Assembly (NCBI RefSeq): GCF_030144855.1
Contig: NC_082733.1
Location: 31,992,001-32,056,000 of the forward strand
Direction of reading: 5' to 3'
Length of the DNA: 64,000 nt
From: Hypanus sabinus
Taxonomy: Eukaryota
The stretch's first letter is position 1; each line of letters begins with the position of its first letter. Below are positions 62,636 through 64,000 of the stretch, in pieces. The notes beneath the pieces were generated by a model that saw only the letters and a program-made list of their open reading frames with translations, made no database searches and was not told the DNA's origin. A program made the translations under genes and the position numbers.

Positions 62636-64000
62636 CTCCTGCAAGAGAGACCCTTTGTTTTCCAGAAACCGGACACTGCGGAGCACTCCCGATAGTTCCA
62701 TGACATCCAACTGGAATGAATGTTACAGCACGTTACCAAAACAAGCCCAACTAACTGACACAACATTCACAGGCTGAGCAAATGGCTCCTTATTTCCGCC
62801 ACATCCAAAACTCTAGTCTACGAAGGTTAACAACACACAGCGTTTGCAGAAAAGCTGCTGAAAGCGTAAACGCACAGCAGTGGATATAGTACAAAACAGG
62901 TTCTTAACTCGAGCGTTGCATAGGGTAAGAACTGTTGTCATTTAGATGATCCCCAAGACCTGCGCATTAAACCAAGACAGAATCTTATTTCCCTTAAGGT
63001 TAAAAAATGAACAGAAACACTCCTTGAGAACCTCACACATCCTCTGTGATTCACTACAAAGATGTCCACTTTGGTCTTTAAGGAGCCCTAATTTCTTTCC
63101 AGTTACCATTTTAAACCCTTAATACCATTATAAATCTCTTGGATTTTCCTTCATCTTCTCTGCCGCATCTATCTCATGCTCCCTATTTTTCCCTTCCTCA
63201 CTCCCATCTTGAGTAGACTCCTGCAAACCCCACACTCCTTCCAGGATTCATTTGATCCCAGTTGCCTGAACCTGACCCATGGCTCCTCATTCATTCTGAG
63301 CAGAACCTCAACACCGCACACTTAATTTTGATTACACTTGGCTCCCCAGGGCAATCTGCATCTTTTTTTCTGTATTTAAGACACAACGCTCAGTGGCAAC
63401 TTTACAGAGTACACTTGTACAACTGCTCGTATATGGAAATCTCCAATTAGCTAATAATGTGGCAGCAACTTAATGCATAAAAGCATGGTTAAGAGGTTCA
63501 GTTGTTGTTCAGACCAAACATCAGAATGGCAAAGAAATGTGATCAAAATAACTCTAACATTGGATTATTTGTTGGTGCCAGATGGGGTGGTTTGATAACC
63601 TCACAGACTGCTGATCTCCTAGAATTTTCACACACAAGACTCTAGAAAATAGTGTGAAAAACAAAAAAGAACATGTCTTGTTAATATGTGAGGTTAGTGG
63701 TGAATGGCCAAACTGGTTTAAGCTGACAGGGGGAGACAAAAACTCAAATAACCATAAATTTCAAAGTGTTGTGCAGAAAGTACTTGGTGTTTTACTCATG
63801 TCCTACTTCATGGGTTGTCGTGGGAGATGATTGAATACTCCAATGTTAACAGTGGTATTATGATATGGTACCTCCTGAAATTCTTGCTTCCATTGAGAAT
63901 TGATGGCATCATTATCCTTTTGCCCACCTTTGGAGCGAAGGGGATTTAGGCCATGATGGTTTGATTCATACGCTACCTTGATAGCAAAATAGGAACTCCT

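Larger units (their letters stand above)
22874..64000. repeat. Tandem segmental duplication, ~13.4 kb unit, three full units plus the start of a fourth
   Basis: The anchor GGATTTTCCTTCATCTTCTCTGCCG recurs at 22874, 36407, 49801 and 63141 (periods 13533, 13394, 13340). The same ORF set repeats in the same order. Confidence 0.97.

Overview
This is vertebrate genomic DNA, most likely from a cartilaginous fish (inferred from the CR1, Rex-Babar, Penelope and HE1-like repeat mix; not verifiable here). It is not prokaryotic: no rRNA, tRNA or CRISPR is present. The window holds a cluster of membrane-bound UDP-glucuronosyltransferase genes whose whole coding region is one exon (UGT5-like architecture). 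There is one intact + strand gene (408-2012), one disabled - strand copy (15616-18651), and three near-identical intact - strand copies. The three copies sit in a head-to-tail tandem array with a ~13.4 kb unit (unit starts ~22874, 36407, 49801, and a fourth at 63141 running off the window). Each unit also carries a 4 kb CR1 LINE, an RTE fragment split by a solo-LTR-like element with a variable 37-bp minisatellite, and a candidate promoter with a non-coding first exon. The spacer at 2-15 kb is a nest of transposons: a full-length 4.47 kb Gypsy (Mag-like) element inside a solo LTR, a Tc1 fossil, and CR1, Rex-Babar and Penelope fragments. The most notable observations are (1) the young, mosaic UGT array, (2) a three-part chimeric retro-insertion with an inverted Gypsy segment that interrupts the pseudogene, (3) a Gypsy element with no tRNA primer-binding site, and (4) coordinated loss of promoter and splice-donor motifs upstream of the pseudogene. 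I see no evidence for a wholly new protein-coding system; the other ORFs are transposon-derived or shadow frames.
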